Below are positions 62,699 through 64,000 of a stretch of DNA of 64,000 bases, piece after piece. The notes under the pieces are model-generated. The model had not been told where the DNA came from and did not search any database. It was given only the letters and a program-made list of their open reading frames with translations. Location: sequence record PQ182779.1, one strand, 5' to 3'. The translations under genes and the position numbers were made by a program. Numbering within the stretch: position 1 is the first letter of the stretch; every line of letters starts with the position of its first letter.

Positions 62699-64000
62699 AT
62701 GAGTAATATTCAATACCAGCAATTTTACATGTCCTACGGGACACGTAATAAAACGCGACTGGCTAACCCAAGAGCGTTCAATGTCGAGAACTTTATTCTC
62801 CCTAAGAATAGCATCGTCCATTATCTTCCCAGTAATGCCACTGACTTAGGTCCTGACGAGACGTTCTTCGCAATCCAAAAAGAAAGGCTACGTCCCTACG
62901 CCGATAACGTTACGGAAATGACACTCTTTAACGGCAGCCCTCGTCGGAAAGGAGCGTTCAATGTTGCTAACCTAAAACGGACGTGGTTGCAAAAGCGCCG
63001 TGGTTTCCGTCGAGTTACCGATATCGCCAGAGCATTAGACGACCGTAACGCTGCAATTATCGCCAACTATTCGCTCATCCCCATGCAGTGGCGTTACCTG
63101 CCGTTACCGATGGCCCGATTCTGGCGTTTCCAAAACCTGCTCGCTACGTTATACGGACAGGCTAAGTTCTACGCTGAACATTCTGACCGCCATCAGTTTA
63201 TTCTGGTCAATGTCCCGGATGAACTCCCAACGAAGATGCAGTTAAACATTTCAGTTGAGGACGCGGGTATCCCTATCCTCAATGCGTATCAGAATCAGCT
63301 CCGGGCACGTCCCGCTGCTCTCTCGTACGCGGATGTCTTCGATCTCCATATGCCAGGGTTATCGAGTGAGTTACCAGCTGACGTGGCACGAGAGGCGTTT
63401 GATGAATCAGCGCTGGGCTTTGAAAGCGACGACAGTTTCATTGCGGCGTCCGGTGTTTCACTGGAAGAGATGAACCGTATTCGTCTCGGGTATTTCCAGA
63501 ATGACGATGCACTCTTTATTCAAGACCTCTGGCAGTGGCTTGCTGAGAAACGGGAAAACTCGCTGTTGAACATGATCCCGGTTGAGCATTACAGCAAGAT
63601 TAATTTCGTCTTTATGCGAATGGGGAAATTCACGGTTCTGAATCTGGGCCTGCTTCACCAATGGACCAAATCAGAAACTAACCCGAAAGGCGATGCTTAC
63701 GCACAGATCTCCCGATTGATGCTACAGCACATCACTGCGCTGAAATTGTTGACCGGTGTGCAGGAACAGGTCACCATCGAAGAAACTATCCCGGATGAGA
63801 ATACCGGGGAAAGTGAAATCCTCGAGATCACCGGTGACGCGGAAGAAACGGTTGTGGTGGAAACAACGGAAACAGAAACCCAAGAAAACAACCCAGAAGA
63901 ACCCGTCGTTAAAACCACCACAGTCAAAGCGCTCAGGGAAAAGATTAACCAAGGGAAACCCGGTCTTCGTACGCAGTTAGTTGATGCCTTTAAGAGCGTC
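62699..64000 (+). CDS. large virion RNA polymerase beta subunit (phiKZ gp178-type), 3'-partial; absent from ORF track
   Basis: AAAGGAG RBS. I translated an open frame from ATG 62699 to the window end (MSNIQYQQFYMSYGTRN...FILPKNSIVHYLP...DLWQWL). It directly follows the beta' gene. Confidence 0.78.
   Translation, partial: MSNIQYQQFYMSYGTRNKTRLANPRAFNVENFILPKNSIVHYLPSNATDLGPDETFFAIQKERLRPYADNVTEMTLFNGSPRRKGAFNVANLKRTWLQKRRGFRRVTDIARALDDRNAAIIANYSLIPMQWRYLPLPMARFWRFQNLLATLYGQAKFYAEHSDRHQFILVNVPDELPTKMQLNISVEDAGIPILNAYQNQLRARPAALSYADVFDLHMPGLSSELPADVAREAFDESALGFESDDSFIAASGVSLEEMNRIRLGYFQNDDALFIQDLWQWLAEKRENSLLNMIPVEHYSKINFVFMRMGKFTVLNLGLLHQWTKSETNPKGDAYAQISRLMLQHITALKLLTGVQEQVTIEETIPDENTGESEILEITGDAEETVVVETTETETQENNPEEPVVKTTTVKALREKINQGKPGLRTQLVDAFKSV

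Noticed and set aside
1-64000. Alternative genetic code (stop-codon reassignment)
   Set aside because: Standard-code ORFs tile the window at full expected lengths. TAA, TGA and TAG all end genes next to RBSs or hairpins.
1-64000. tRNA, rRNA, group I introns or inteins in helicase, RNAP or recombinase genes
   Set aside because: No T-loop or cloverleaf pattern was seen in the short intergenic gaps. The genes are uninterrupted and of expected size, with no intein splice motifs noticed. A tRNAscan/Infernal run would be decisive.
1-64000. Claim that this phage forms a nucleus, or assignment to a named isolate
   Set aside because: Chimallin and PhuZ are not recognisable in the window. Family membership rests on gene content and synteny, and no search was run.

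Overview
This 64-kb window comes from a phiKZ-like jumbo myophage (Chimalliviridae-type gene content) that infects a Gram-negative, probably enterobacterial, host. It is densely coding core genome. Replication and transcription genes: DnaB-like helicase, RuvC, thymidylate kinase, SbcC/Rad50-like ATPase, RNase HI, UvsX/RecA, and four split RNA polymerase subunits (one non-virion beta-N; virion beta-C, beta'-N with the DFDGD motif, and a large beta cut by the right edge). Virion genes: major capsid protein, portal, baseplate/tail proteins, NPH-repeat tail fibres with a Gly/Trp-rich tip protein, central spike, and a 2194-aa tape-measure/lytic-transglycosylase protein. Items the ORF labels alone miss: (1) a lambda-style nested Rz/Rz1 spanin pair beside a holin-like gene; (2) 17 intergenic hairpins, 11 of them followed within 10 nt by TATG, often in place of a U-tract; (3) an extended early-promoter-like motif found three times; (4) an RG/RD-rich disordered protein downstream of the non-virion RNAP subunit; (5) a catalytically degenerate HNH-like DNA-binding gene in its own cassette. 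phiKZ gene numbers are recalled from motifs and synteny, not from a database search. No tRNA, rRNA, CRISPR array, intron or intein was recognised, and chimallin is not identifiable in this window.
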